A DNA stretch of 64,000 nucleotides. It comes from Paracoccaceae bacterium (GTDB taxonomy: Bacteria; Pseudomonadota; Alphaproteobacteria; Rhodobacterales; Rhodobacteraceae). The translations under genes were made by a program, and so were the position numbers. Positions 54,236 to 64,000 of this stretch are shown piece after piece. The stretch is taken from NCBI GenBank assembly GCA_965220985.1, contig OZ244854.1, forward strand, positions 3,823,115 through 3,887,114. Reading direction: 5' to 3'. Numbering within the stretch: the first letter of the stretch is position 1; each line of letters begins with the position of its first letter. The notes below the pieces were generated by a model. It saw only the letters and a program-made list of their open reading frames with translations. It did not search any database and was not told the DNA's origin.

Positions 54236-55186
54236 TCACATGACCACCAGCGACCCGATATAGGCGCAATATCCAGCGAGCAGGATCCCACCCTCGGTTC
54301 GGCTGATTCGATGATGCGTCCACATGAACACGAACAGCACGATCGTCGTTCCGGCGAGCACCCACGCGTCATACTGGGCAATCTCGTCCGAAATCGGCAG
54401 CGGAACGATCAACCCCGTCAGGCCGGCGACCCCCGCGAGATTGAAAATGTTGCTACCGAGGACGTTCCCCAACGAAAGATCAGTCTGCTTGTGGTACGCC
54501 GCCACGATCGCCGTGACGAGTTCCGGCAAGGACGTCCCGATTGCAACGATCGTCAGGCCAATGATCTCGTCCGAGACCCCGAGCCGCATTGCAAGTTCGA
54601 CCGAACCCGTAACGAGGCACTCGGCACCGGCAGCGATTGCGACAAAGCCCGCAAGAATTGCCACCAGCGTCTTGATCGGACTGATTTTTTCCTGGTCGGA
54701 CGCGTCCACGTTGTCGATGATGTCATGAAGATCAGACGATGCCGACCTGGTCCCGGTTTTCGATGCAACCACGAGATAAACGCACAGCGACACAAGAAGA
54801 ACTGCCGCGAAAAGGGTGTTCAACAAGCCTGTCAGACAGATGATCACGAAGAATGCCGTCACCATCAGCAATGTCACGCCGTCACGCAGCACCGCTCTCG
54901 TGTCCACGATTACCGGTGCGAACAGGGCGGGAAGCCCGACGACCAGCAGCGAATTTGCGATGTTGCTGCCCACAACGTTTCCGACAGCGAGGCCGGGCGA
55001 GCCCGACAGTGCAGCATTGATCGACACCACCACTTCGGGCAGCGATGTCCCCAATCCGACCACCGTGACGCCGACAACAAGCGGGGAAATCTTGAGCATG
55101 CGCGACAACTTGACCGACCCTCGAACCACGAGTTCGCCACCTATCGGCAGCAGGATCAGACCGATCAGAATCAACAGGAAAGTCAT
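54236..55186 (-). CDS. Ca2+/Na+ antiporter (CaCA / YrbG family)
   Basis: Two alpha-repeats are present, each with GTSLPE. The start was moved to the ATG at 55186 (MTFLLILIGLILL). Confidence 0.8.
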   Translation of the reverse strand: MTFLLILIGLILLPIGGELVVRGSVKLSRMLKISPLVVGVTVVGLGTSLPEVVVSINAALSGSPGLAVGNVVGSNIANSLLVVGLPALFAPVIVDTRAVLRDGVTLLMVTAFFVIICLTGLLNTLFAAVLLVSLCVYLVVASKTGTRSASSDLHDIIDNVDASDQEKISPIKTLVAILAGFVAIAAGAECLVTGSVELAMRLGVSDEIIGLTIVAIGTSLPELVTAIVAAYHKQTDLSLGNVLGSNIFNLAGVAGLTGLIVPLPISDEIAQYDAWVLAGTTIVLFVFMWTHHRISRTEGGILLAGYCAYIGSLVVM

Positions 55187-55674
55187 CGCCGTTCCCAACT
55201 CGTCGCACCGGTGCCAAGCGCACAGGCGGCACTCGTGTGGTGTAACCGTAATGAATGCAAGCCCGAATGCCTGCGGAGGCCGTTGCGAGCCACCCAAGCG
55301 CTGCTTGGGGTAACAAAGAGGCTGTCGGGTTACGGCGCTGCCGAGCCATCATGTGGTGCGGGTCACCGCCAATTGAAAGCTGCCAGTACCAAAAATTTGC
55401 CGATTGGCAATTCCGAGCCGCCAAAATGTCCTGACTTGCACCACGCTCGCGCCACACCCGCAGTCCCCCGTGCAATGTCCCTCCGGTTGAGCCCGCTTCC
55501 TCAAGATTCGCGTGTTGCACGAAATGGCATTGGGAGCCGCCGCCGAATGTGGTAGCCTTTTTCTCACGCGAGACGATCAGCGCTCGGTCTGCGAGTTGTG
55601 CAAGCATCGCCAACCGAACGCGTCGCGCTGAGCAGCACAATTGGACGAAAAAACGAAATTGACGGATCAGATCA

Positions 55675-56172
55675 ATGGCGAAACTGCCGACCTACACCCT
55701 CGAACGTGTCTTTGACGCACCCCGCCATCTTGTCTGGAAAGCCTGGACAGCCGCTGACATCGTTTCGCACTGGTACGGACCCGGCGTCGAAACCATCATC
55801 CACGAACTCGATGTCAAACCGGGAGGTCAGTGGCTCCTGGAAATGCGCATGGGCGAAAACTCGCACCACCAGCGTGTGGATTACGTCGCCGTCGATCCGG
55901 GCACGAGCTTCTCGTCGATCCAGTTCGTCACCGACGACAAGTGGAACCCGATTGCCAACCCGATGATGCCAAACTGGCCCCAACAGATCCGACTTGATCT
56001 GAGCCTCGAAGATCAGGGCGATCAGACACGAATGCTGATGACCTGGACGCCCCACGAGGCAACCGAAGAGGAAATCGAGTGCTTTGCCAATGCCGTCGGC
56101 AACATGGATGGTGGATGGCAAGCCGGAATGAACTTGCTGGCCGAGCAGCTCGAGACATTGAAAAAGTCCTGA
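55675..56172 (+). CDS. SRPBCC / AHSA1-domain protein
   Basis: YTLERVFDAPRHLVWKAWTAADIVSHWYGPG is typical of the family. Confidence 0.7.
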   Translation: MAKLPTYTLERVFDAPRHLVWKAWTAADIVSHWYGPGVETIIHELDVKPGGQWLLEMRMGENSHHQRVDYVAVDPGTSFSSIQFVTDDKWNPIANPMMPNWPQQIRLDLSLEDQGDQTRMLMTWTPHEATEEEIECFANAVGNMDGGWQAGMNLLAEQLETLKKS

Positions 56173-56313
56173 GCCCCAAGACCGTTTGCCGACAGAAACC
56201 GGCGTGAGGGGAAACAACCTTTTCGGCAGCCCCTTCCCCGAACGGTCCCATGATCGTCCGCACGCGCCCTCGCGAATCGAGATCCCCACGAAGGCCTGTT
56301 CGTCACCGCATCG

Positions 56314-57543
56314 TCAAATGACCGCATCGAGCGCGTCGATCAGCTTCGCCACATCATCCGAGGTGGTGTAGTGCACGAAACTCAGCCGCAGCACGCCATG
56401 GTCCGGGTCGATGCCGAGCGCACTGAGACACCGAACGCCGTAGAAATTCCCGCCGCCGGCCATGATTCCATGGTCCGACAATTCGGACGCAACGTCGAAC
56501 CCTGGCCGACCCAGCCACACGGAAACAGTGGGGACCTTTCTTGACGCGTCAGCCGGGCCGATGAGACGGACCGAAATGTTAAGTGACAGCCAATCCAGCA
56601 GCGGCTCGAGAAGCCTGGTTTCGTGTTGACGCATCAGCGTCGCGACGCGTGCAGCAGCACTGCCCGTTTCAGCAGGCTGACCGAAGTGATGCTCGTACAG
56701 CGTGTCCATGTAGTCCACCACGCCCGCTGACGCAGCGACCTGGGCGTGATCCGGGCCCGCGGGTGTCAGCCTGTGGATCGGAGAGCGGGCATTGAAGTCG
56801 TGCCCCTGGTTTGGAAGCAGTTCAACCAGTTCCCGGCGGACTGCCATGACTCCCTGATGGGTGCCGTATGTCTTGTAGGTCGAGAACAGGTAGATGTCCG
56901 CTCCGAGGCTGCCGACATCCGGCAACCCGTGCGGGGCGTAGCTCACGCCATCGACACAGGTCCAGGCTCCAGCATCTCTGGCGATCTTGCAGATCTGGCT
57001 GACCGGGTTGATTTCGCCGACGATGTTCGAACAGTGCGGGAAACACACCAGCCTGACGCGTCGATCCAGCAAGTCTTCCAGGCCGTCGATCGGCAGACGA
57101 CCTGTCTCGGGATCGATCTTCCAAACCCGAACATCGATGCCCGAATCTGCAAGCCGGGACCAGGGACCGACATTGGCCTCGTGATCCTGCTCGGTCACGA
57201 CGATCGCGTCGTCGCCTTGAAGCATCGACTCGAAGGCCCGCGCCAGTACATAGGTGTTTTGCGTCGTCGAAGGCCCGAACGACAATTCTTCCGGCGCGAC
57301 CCCGATGGCGCGAGCCATTCGGGTGCGGGCTTCGTCCATCTCCTCCCCGGCGATTCTCGATGCTTCAAAGCTCCCGTAGGGCTGCACCTTTCGCGTGCGA
57401 TAAAAACGGCTCAGCCTGTCCACAACCTGCCCGCATGGAAACGAGCCGCCCGCATTCTCGAAAAACGACGATGCTGACAAACCCGGATCGGAAAAAGCCG
57501 GGAACTGGCTCCTCACGAAATCGATATCAAGTTCCACGCTCAA
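56314..57543 (-). CDS. class V aminotransferase-fold PLP enzyme (cysteine desulfurase / epimerase-like)
   Basis: Begins FVRSQFPAF... with a class V fold. 409 aa. Confidence 0.75.
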   Translation of the reverse strand: MSVELDIDFVRSQFPAFSDPGLSASSFFENAGGSFPCGQVVDRLSRFYRTRKVQPYGSFEASRIAGEEMDEARTRMARAIGVAPEELSFGPSTTQNTYVLARAFESMLQGDDAIVVTEQDHEANVGPWSRLADSGIDVRVWKIDPETGRLPIDGLEDLLDRRVRLVCFPHCSNIVGEINPVSQICKIARDAGAWTCVDGVSYAPHGLPDVGSLGADIYLFSTYKTYGTHQGVMAVRRELVELLPNQGHDFNARSPIHRLTPAGPDHAQVAASAGVVDYMDTLYEHHFGQPAETGSAAARVATLMRQHETRLLEPLLDWLSLNISVRLIGPADASRKVPTVSVWLGRPGFDVASELSDHGIMAGGGNFYGVRCLSALGIDPDHGVLRLSFVHYTTSDDVAKLIDALDAVI

Positions 57544-57637
57544 ACTCCCTCAGTTGCCATCTCGGTGCACGTCTCGTTCATGCGAACAGATCGGTTGTCG
57601 CTGCAGAGCCATCCTCGTGCCGAACCGCCGCACCAGA

Positions 57638-59506
57638 TCACCGAAATCCACGACTGCCCGTCATCGACCCGACCGGCTCCTTGTCATGATCAATGCCGAT
57701 GAATCCACCGATCTGCTTGTCCCAGTGCCTCGCAAAGACACCGCCTTTGTTCAACAGTTCTTCGTGGGTTCCTTGCTCCACGATCCGCCCCTCTTCGAGG
57801 ACGACAATTCGGTGCATCCGCAGAATCGTCGAGAGCCGATGGGCAATGGCAATCACGGTCTTGTTTTCCATCACCTGTCGCAATGCGTCCTGAATCGACG
57901 CCTCGACGGTCGAATCCAGTGCAGATGTCGCTTCGTCGAGAATGAGGATCGGCGCATCTTTCAGAACCGCCCGCGCCAAGGCGATTCGTTGCCGCTGTCC
58001 GCCCGACAATCGCACGCCGCGTTCTCCAAGATGCGTCTGATAACCGGTGCGACCGTGCTGGTCGCTCAGGGCCAGTATGAACTCGTGCGCTTCGGCCTGT
58101 CGGGCCGCCTCGATGATCTCTTCCTGTGACGCATCCGGTCGACCGTAGCCGATGTTCTCGAGCGCGGGCCGATTGAACATCGCGGTCTCTTGGGTCACCA
58201 TGCTGATCTGACGCCGCAGGCTCTCCTGCGTCACGTCCCGCAAGTCGTGGCCGTCCACAAGGATCCGGCCCGAACGCGGATCGTACAATCGCATCAAGAG
58301 CGCGGCCATCGTCGACTTTCCCGCCCCAGACTCGCCGACTAGTCCGACATGCTCGCCCGGCTCGATCGTGAGATTGATCTCCTCAAGACCGCCGCCGTGC
58401 AGACCATAGGCGAATGAAACGTCCTCGTAGACGATCTGCCCCTTTGCCGTTGGCAGGGCATAGGCGTTGGGACTGTCGGACATCCCGTGGGGGACCGCAA
58501 AGGTCCGCATCCCGTCTTCCGCTTCGCCCACATTCGAGTAGATCGCCATCAGGACAAAACTGACCCAACCGGACATCTGCGCGATTCGAAGCGAGACCGC
58601 CCCGGTCGCTGCAATGTCGCCCGCCGACGCCTCGCCATGGGTCCAGAGCAGCAGCGTGCCTCCCACCAAAGTGACCGGCAACAGACCGGAAGCTGTCATC
58701 AGCGAGAACCTGAATGCCGTTGCAACCTTGCCGAAGCCAAGCGCCTCGTGCCTGAAATTGTGCATGGCTCGCAGCGCCGCGCGGTCCTCGTGGTTGCTGT
58801 GCGCGAACAGCTTGACCGTGCGAATATTGGTGATCGTGTCGACAATCTGGCCGGAGAGCATCGAACGCGCGTTCGCCCGGTCACGCGAACGAATGCGAAT
58901 TCGGGGCATGAACCAGCGGATCATCAACCAATAGATGACGAGCCACACGGCGAGTGCGACAGACACGCGAGGGTCGATGGCGGCCAGCAGCAACAGCGAT
59001 CCGACGAGCGACGCCAATGCAAACGAAACGACATTGACGATTTCGACGACAGTTTCGGTGATCGCGCGGGACGTCTGCAACAGTCGCTGGGCGATTCTGC
59101 CTGCAAAATCATCGTCGAAAAATGTGACGGACTGGTCGATTGTGTGACGATGCAGCCGCGCAAGGACAAGTGAATCGACATTCGGCGCGATGAACATCGA
59201 TGAGAACATCGAGTTCAGTCCGAAGATGATCGGACGCAACACGAGAAAGAAGGCGACCGCACCGCCGAGCAGGAGAATGTTGTCCGCAAACAGGGTGTCC
59301 GGGTTCGCGCCGACGACTCGGTCAATGACCGCACCGAGGATCAGCGCAGAATAGACCTCGAGTGTCCCGGCGGCCATCGAGACGATTGCCGCAACAACAA
59401 TGACCGGCACCGCACCTTGCAGGCACCAGACATAGAATTTCGCGAGCGACGCCGGTGGACTGCCCGGAATCCTGCGTTCAAGATCAAAAAGCTGGCTGAA
59501 CCACAT
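57638..59506 (-). CDS. ABC exporter with fused transmembrane and ATPase domains (MsbA-like)
   Basis: Six-TM N-terminal half, Walker A GESGAGKST, signature LSGGQRQRIALARAV and ILILDEATSALD. Confidence 0.85.
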   Translation of the reverse strand: MWFSQLFDLERRIPGSPPASLAKFYVWCLQGAVPVIVVAAIVSMAAGTLEVYSALILGAVIDRVVGANPDTLFADNILLLGGAVAFFLVLRPIIFGLNSMFSSMFIAPNVDSLVLARLHRHTIDQSVTFFDDDFAGRIAQRLLQTSRAITETVVEIVNVVSFALASLVGSLLLLAAIDPRVSVALAVWLVIYWLMIRWFMPRIRIRSRDRANARSMLSGQIVDTITNIRTVKLFAHSNHEDRAALRAMHNFRHEALGFGKVATAFRFSLMTASGLLPVTLVGGTLLLWTHGEASAGDIAATGAVSLRIAQMSGWVSFVLMAIYSNVGEAEDGMRTFAVPHGMSDSPNAYALPTAKGQIVYEDVSFAYGLHGGGLEEINLTIEPGEHVGLVGESGAGKSTMAALLMRLYDPRSGRILVDGHDLRDVTQESLRRQISMVTQETAMFNRPALENIGYGRPDASQEEIIEAARQAEAHEFILALSDQHGRTGYQTHLGERGVRLSGGQRQRIALARAVLKDAPILILDEATSALDSTVEASIQDALRQVMENKTVIAIAHRLSTILRMHRIVVLEEGRIVEQGTHEELLNKGGVFARHWDKQIGGFIGIDHDKEPVGSMTGSRGFR

Positions 59507-59944
59507 GCAATCTAACGATCAATTCCTGCCCTGCACTCCGGAAATCGCAGCCCGTAACGAGCAGATTCCCGTCACCTGTCGGCTCGCGACCGACACCTGC
59601 CGGTCCTCGCAGCACTGGCCCACATGGCCGAGTGCCGCACCGTATCGAGGAGTCTCGGTGTCGCGAACCGGCATCATCGAGCCACCCGACATGTTCCGCA
59701 ACATCGGCCAGCATCACGGGAACAAGCATCTCGGCGAAGGTCATCTTGACCATTCAGGAACCGAAGGCCACCCGTCTCGGGAGGTCGCCCAACCTGCCGC
59801 TGATCTCCGGGGACCGGACGGCGCGAATCGCTGGCATCGTGCCGACCACCCGACCAGCTCGAGAACCCGAACTGACAAGAACAGCGCAGTTTTGCCAAAT
59901 GCGACCCGTTCGACCCTTCGCCATGCCAATGGCGGAGGGGCAAC

Positions 59945-60937
59945 CTACGCGTTCACGTCGACAATGACTCGTCCCTTGACCTGACCTTTCAGGATCGTTT
60001 TCCCGAGTTCCGGCAAATCCGCCAATGTCGCGGGTTGGGCCATCGATTCCAGCAACTCGTCCTCGATGCACGACGCAATCCGATCCCAGACCCGAACCCT
60101 GTTGGCATGCGGTTGAAGGACACTGTCGATGCCAAGCAGACTGACGCCACGAAGCAGAAACGGAACAATCGAAGCCGGGACCGAAGCGCCGCCCGCAAGA
60201 CCGACGGCAGCGACCGACGCACCGTACTTCATCTGGCCCAGAACCCGAGCCAGCATGTTTCCGCCAACCGCATCGACGCAACCTGCCCAGGTCTCGGATT
60301 CGAGCGGTCGCTTGACGGTCTCGTTGATCTCTTCCCGGCCGATGATCTGGGTCGCGCCGAGCGACATCAGATAGTCGCGGGTCTCCTCCCTGCCGGTGAC
60401 CGCCGCGACCTCGTAGCCCAGTCGCGCGAGAATGGCCGTGGCAACCGAGCCGACGCCACCGGCAGCGCCGGTCACGAGGACCGGGCCCTGACCAGTCTCG
60501 AGGCCATGATCTTCCAGGGTCATGACAGCCAGCATCGAGGTGAACCCGGCGGTTCCAACGATCATCGCCTGACGTGTCGACAATCCGTCCGGCAGACGAA
60601 CCAGCCAGTCCGCCTTGACGCGCGCCTTCTGGGCGTAGCCGCCCCAGCGATTCTCGCCAACCCGCCAACCGGTCAAGACGACCCGATCGCCCGGCCGAAA
60701 CCGCTCGTCGTCCGAGCTCTCGACGACACCGGCAAAATCGACCCCAGGAACGTGCGGGTAGTTTCTGACGAGCCCGCCGCCGGATCCAAGACAAAGGCCG
60801 TCCTTGTAGTTGACCGTTGAATGCTCGACCGCGACGGTGACCTCTCCCTCGGGCAGATCGGCCTCGGTGACCTGCTCGACTTCTGCAGAGGTCGTGCCTT
60901 CTGCGTTCTTCCTGACCACAAGTGCGTTGAATTTCAT
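59945..60937 (-). CDS. YhdH/AcuI-family MDR oxidoreductase (acrylyl-CoA reductase-like)
   Basis: VAVEHSTVNYKDGLCLG...YPHVPGVDFAGVV...GWRVGENRWGGYAQ is characteristic of the YhdH/AcuI subfamily. Confidence 0.7.
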   Translation of the reverse strand: MKFNALVVRKNAEGTTSAEVEQVTEADLPEGEVTVAVEHSTVNYKDGLCLGSGGGLVRNYPHVPGVDFAGVVESSDDERFRPGDRVVLTGWRVGENRWGGYAQKARVKADWLVRLPDGLSTRQAMIVGTAGFTSMLAVMTLEDHGLETGQGPVLVTGAAGGVGSVATAILARLGYEVAAVTGREETRDYLMSLGATQIIGREEINETVKRPLESETWAGCVDAVGGNMLARVLGQMKYGASVAAVGLAGGASVPASIVPFLLRGVSLLGIDSVLQPHANRVRVWDRIASCIEDELLESMAQPATLADLPELGKTILKGQVKGRVIVDVNA

Positions 60938-61011
60938 GGTGTTGTCCCTGTTTGCATGTCAGTTTGGATGGCCGTCACGTCGCCGCGACAAAGCGAGGCG
61001 TCGGACCCTCA

Positions 61012-61719
61012 TCAAGGTCCGGACCAGTCGATCGGGCAGATTTCGGCCGACTTGCCATCGAAGTCCCACACCCTGCCATGATCCCGCAACCGGGACCGCA
61101 GGCCTTTTGCGACAATGATGTCCGGGCCCATCCAATAGCGCGTGTTTCGAATGACGACCTGCTCGTTCGAGTCGAGTCCGGCCACCTCTTCGATCTCGCC
61201 CTGGATCTTCTTCCCAACGACAATCGACCGGCGCCGCTTTTCCCTGACGATCTCGACCTTGGTTCTCTCGGCGTGGATGATCGTGCTGACGAGCATCGTG
61301 AACAGGCCAGTGGTTCCACCCGCCGATCCCGACAGGATTTTCAGGATTCCGTTGTAGGCCTTCTGGGTGGCGCGGTCGTCGACATAAGCCGCAACCTTCC
61401 AGTTGCCCTCCGCCATCTTTCCCGGAATGTCGACCAGCAGCCCGATGTTCAGACCGGAGAGGTCCTCGCCCTCGAAATGGCCTTGATCGATGCTGATCGC
61501 CATCCAGGCATGACAGTAACCCTCGGTCGGCGGATGCTTGCCGAGGCTGACGACACACGGACAAAAGACCGTGCAGGAGCAGTTCAGAAAGAGCTCGCCC
61601 TTGATCTTCCAGTCGGTCGGTTCCCGACGACGCCTCGTCGGGATCATGCGCTGGTCGATTCGTTCCAGGACCTCGAGCCGGTCGCTCCGGCGTGGCCTCT
61701 CGCTTGCCTTGCTGGTCAT
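61012..61719 (-). CDS. DUF1326-family protein
   Basis: WKIKGELFLNCSCTVFCPCVV is the hallmark Cys cluster. The start is uncertain (61719 or 61647). Confidence 0.6.
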   Translation of the reverse strand: MTSKASERPRRSDRLEVLERIDQRMIPTRRRREPTDWKIKGELFLNCSCTVFCPCVVSLGKHPPTEGYCHAWMAISIDQGHFEGEDLSGLNIGLLVDIPGKMAEGNWKVAAYVDDRATQKAYNGILKILSGSAGGTTGLFTMLVSTIIHAERTKVEIVREKRRRSIVVGKKIQGEIEEVAGLDSNEQVVIRNTRYWMGPDIIVAKGLRSRLRDHGRVWDFDGKSAEICPIDWSGP

Positions 61720-61750
61720 CGGATCGTTCGTCACCCCTGCCTTGCCCGCG

Positions 61751-62584
61751 CTACACCGCACCAACCGCGACCAGCAGACCGGACGCCATGAATACGACAC
61801 CCAGAGGTCGCGTCACGTACTTCGCCAAATCGGGTAGCTTTTCGAGGATCATGACCCCAGTTGCAAGCCCCATCCACGTGAGGTTCATGGTCCCCCCGAC
61901 AAACCCGAGCAGCATGAAGCCCCAGCAGCATGCCACGCAGTACACGCCGAATCCTGCACCCATGCGCAGGCCGCCCCGAAAACCCGGGCGCCAATTTCCC
62001 AGGAAGTACAGTGTGGGAGACAGGCAGACGCCCTGGCAAACCTCCTTGGCTCGGGTGAACTGATAACCTCCGACCACGAACAGAATTGCCGCCTGAAGCC
62101 ATCGAACCGTCGCCGATCCAAGCAGGTCAATCAGTTCGGCCTCGAACAGTGCTATCTGCAGCATCGAGATCGCTGCAGCGAAGCTGAACCACGCAATGGC
62201 ATATCCTCCGACGAGACCGGTCCATCCCTGTCGTGTTGCGTGGCCTGAACCGATCAGAGTTTCGAAGGATGCGAGCACCGGAACGAGCGTCGGCCCCATC
62301 ATGGCCAGCATCATGATCGCCCACATCGGAAACAGGACATTGAATCCCTGCATCGGCATCATGTTCATGCCGGTGGAGACCCCGAGCAGGTTCAGACCCG
62401 ACATTTCCGCCATGCCAAACATGATCCACCAAGCCACCGCGATGACCGAAAAAAATGTCAGCCATCCGATTGCGCGCGCCCGATCTCGAAGAATCCTCGT
62501 GAACATGTTGAACGAACCTCGTCCGCCGTTTCCCGACCATCGTCCAAGATCGCCCTCATTCACCGGATCATTCAAATTGTCCAT
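61751..62584 (-). CDS. DUF2182-family integral membrane protein (predicted metal-binding)
   Basis: A multi-pass membrane protein immediately upstream of DUF1326, which is the usual pairing. The start is uncertain. Confidence 0.55.
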   Translation of the reverse strand: MDNLNDPVNEGDLGRWSGNGGRGSFNMFTRILRDRARAIGWLTFFSVIAVAWWIMFGMAEMSGLNLLGVSTGMNMMPMQGFNVLFPMWAIMMLAMMGPTLVPVLASFETLIGSGHATRQGWTGLVGGYAIAWFSFAAAISMLQIALFEAELIDLLGSATVRWLQAAILFVVGGYQFTRAKEVCQGVCLSPTLYFLGNWRPGFRGGLRMGAGFGVYCVACCWGFMLLGFVGGTMNLTWMGLATGVMILEKLPDLAKYVTRPLGVVFMASGLLVAVGAV

Positions 62585-62884
62585 CCGTGTTCGCGCCCGA
62601 TTCGCCGAAGACTCACGCGGATGCCGGACCGGCAAATCGCTTGCTCGCTGTCACCGCCTTCCGCATCGAACCGGTCAGACCCCGACGGGCCCGGCGTCTC
62701 CACCCCGAATCCGAACGGAATTCGCAGTCGAACCGTGGTCAGCAGACGTTCGGTCGGGCTTGCGTTCGGTGATGTCATGTTCCATCTTGTTCGACAGTCT
62801 CCGGGTCTCGGGCAGATGCCATCAGCGTCCTGGTGCAGATTGCATCTCGTCGAGTCCATCGGAACGAAAAGGTCAAGTCGTCAC

Positions 62885-62961
62885 GGTCCCTTAGCTCAGC
62901 TGGATAGAGCGCCACCCTCCGAAGGTGGAGGCCGAAGGTTCGAATCCTTCAGGGACCGCCA
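62885..62961 (+). tRNA. tRNA-Arg (anticodon CCG)
   Basis: Folded by hand: acceptor GGTCCCT/AGGGACC, D stem GCTC/GAGC, anticodon stem CCACC/GGTGG with loop CTCCGAA, T arm GAAGG-TTCGAAT-CCTTC and an encoded CCA. Confidence 0.85.
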
Positions 62962-63108
62962 GACGATCAACCGTGTTCAGCAAACCCCGCCGAAACGCCT
63001 CATGTCGGTCAGCCTGTCGAGGTGAACAACGCGCAACGACGGCTCCGCGCGCATCGTCGGTCGATCAATGCGCCGCAGTCACTCGTCTTGGTCAGTGTCA
63101 TTGTCAAT

Positions 63109-63196
63109 TGGTGCGGCCGAGAAGACTCGAACTTCCACGGGTTTTACCCCACAGCGACCTCAACGCTGCGCGTCTACCAAATTCCGCCACGGCCGC
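63109..63196 (-). tRNA. tRNA-Leu (anticodon GAG)
   Basis: Folded by hand: acceptor GCGGCCG/CGGCCGC, anticodon stem CAGCG/CGCTG with loop TTGAGGT, a long variable arm, T loop TTCGAGT and an encoded CCA. Confidence 0.8.
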
Positions 63197-63294
63197 ACTT
63201 CAGAACGAGGAGCCTATAAACGACGCCTTTGTTGATGTGAAGTGGTCTCGATTGCGCCTAGACTCCCCCGGATCGTGATCGATTCGGAGCCACC

Positions 63295-63942
63295 ATGGTC
63301 GAATGGAAGGAAACCCCGAGCGAAGTGCCGTACGATGCGGCGGTGAACGCGATGCGCGAGCGCGTCTCGGCAATCCATGAAGGACGCGCGGACGAGCTCG
63401 TCTGGCTGCTCGAACACCCGCCCCTTTACACGGCCGGGACCAGCGCCGACCGCGAGGCGCACCATGTCGGGGGAAATCGGATTCCCGTTTACCCGAGCGG
63501 GCGCGGGGGCATGATGACCTACCACGGTCCCGGCCAGCGGGTCGTCTACGTGTTGCTCGACCTCAATCGTCGCGGCAAGGACGTCCGCGACTTCGTGTGG
63601 CGCCTCGAGGAGTGGATCATCCGAACCGTCGCGGAATTCGGGGTGACGGGCGAGAGGCGCTCGGGACGCGTCGGGGTCTGGGTCGTTCGACGCGAAATGC
63701 CGCCCTTGATCAGCGGCGAACCGCGGGAGGACAAGCTGGCCGCCATCGGGGTCCGCCTGTCAAGATGGGTCAGTTCGCACGGGCTCTCGATCAATGTCGA
63801 ACCCGACCTCGCGCATTATGATGGAATCGTGCCCTGCGGGATTTCCGACCACGGAATCACCAGTCTCGTCGACCTCGGCCTGCCAGTGACCATGGCCGAC
63901 GTCGACAACGCCTTGCGACGGACTTTTCACACGGTTTTTTGA
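63295..63942 (+). CDS. lipB: octanoyl/lipoyl transferase
   Basis: Contains [34 protein letters not shown] and [17 protein letters not shown]. Confidence 0.85.
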   Translation: MVEWKETPSEVPYDAAVNAMRERVSAIHEGRADELVWLLEHPPLYTAGTSADREAHHVGGNRIPVYPSGRGGMMTYHGPGQRVVYVLLDLNRRGKDVRDFVWRLEEWIIRTVAEFGVTGERRSGRVGVWVVRREMPPLISGEPREDKLAAIGVRLSRWVSSHGLSINVEPDLAHYDGIVPCGISDHGITSLVDLGLPVTMADVDNALRRTFHTVF

Positions 63943-64000
63943 CAAATGTCGGTTTACCGGGACTGCCCCGCACGAGGATCGAACGAATCCCTCGAGGTCG

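Noticed and set aside
59507-59944. A 440-bp gap between the ABC exporter and the AcuI-like gene, with a short ORF (59484..59753, MVKMTFAEMLVPVML...).
   Set aside because: Only the first 30 or so codons look coding-like, there is no RBS or family resemblance, and the ORF overlaps the exporter start. I treated the gap as promoter or untranslated region.

Overview
This is a high-GC, gene-dense chromosomal window with the gene content of a marine alphaproteobacterium, probably Roseobacter-type Rhodobacteraceae (inference). I found no CRISPR array, transposase or integrase. The main blocks are:

- **1-5.8 kb:** LysR-linked lyase and aldolase genes, a membrane desaturase and an M24 hydrolase.
- **5.9-9.4 kb:** a GNAT / polysaccharide deacetylase / Kdo-transferase operon.
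- **9.9-12.4 kb:** a PhyH dioxygenase, a DMSP-lyase-family cupin and a divergent MarR gene.
- **12.5-15.3 kb:** a kynureninase operon.
- **17.8-29.9 kb:** one long plus-strand operon. A betaine-type ABC importer is bracketed by two paralogous pairs of a choline-kinase-family phosphotransferase and a dimethylglycine-dehydrogenase-like demethylase.
- **30.2-38.2 kb:** two convergent operons, each preceded by the same TTGGAA-N5-TTCCAA palindrome. They encode a leaderless FG-GAP propeller, a shikimate-dehydrogenase-like enzyme, a TIM-barrel enzyme, a NitT/TauT-type importer and an IclR regulator.
- **41.3-50.3 kb:** a roughly 3,000-aa autotransporter adhesin with 21 near-identical Ig/cadherin-like tandem repeats, next to the 3' end of tRNA-Ser.
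- **50.6-52.2 kb:** a decayed accessory patch with a frameshifted HTH gene and an orphan AbiEi antitoxin whose toxin is missing.
- **52.2-64 kb:** housekeeping and transport genes, a DUF1326/DUF2182 pair, tRNA-Arg, tRNA-Leu and lipB.

Several small accessory genes carry frameshifts while every long ORF is intact. All functional calls come from motifs I read in the translations. Nothing was searched against a database.
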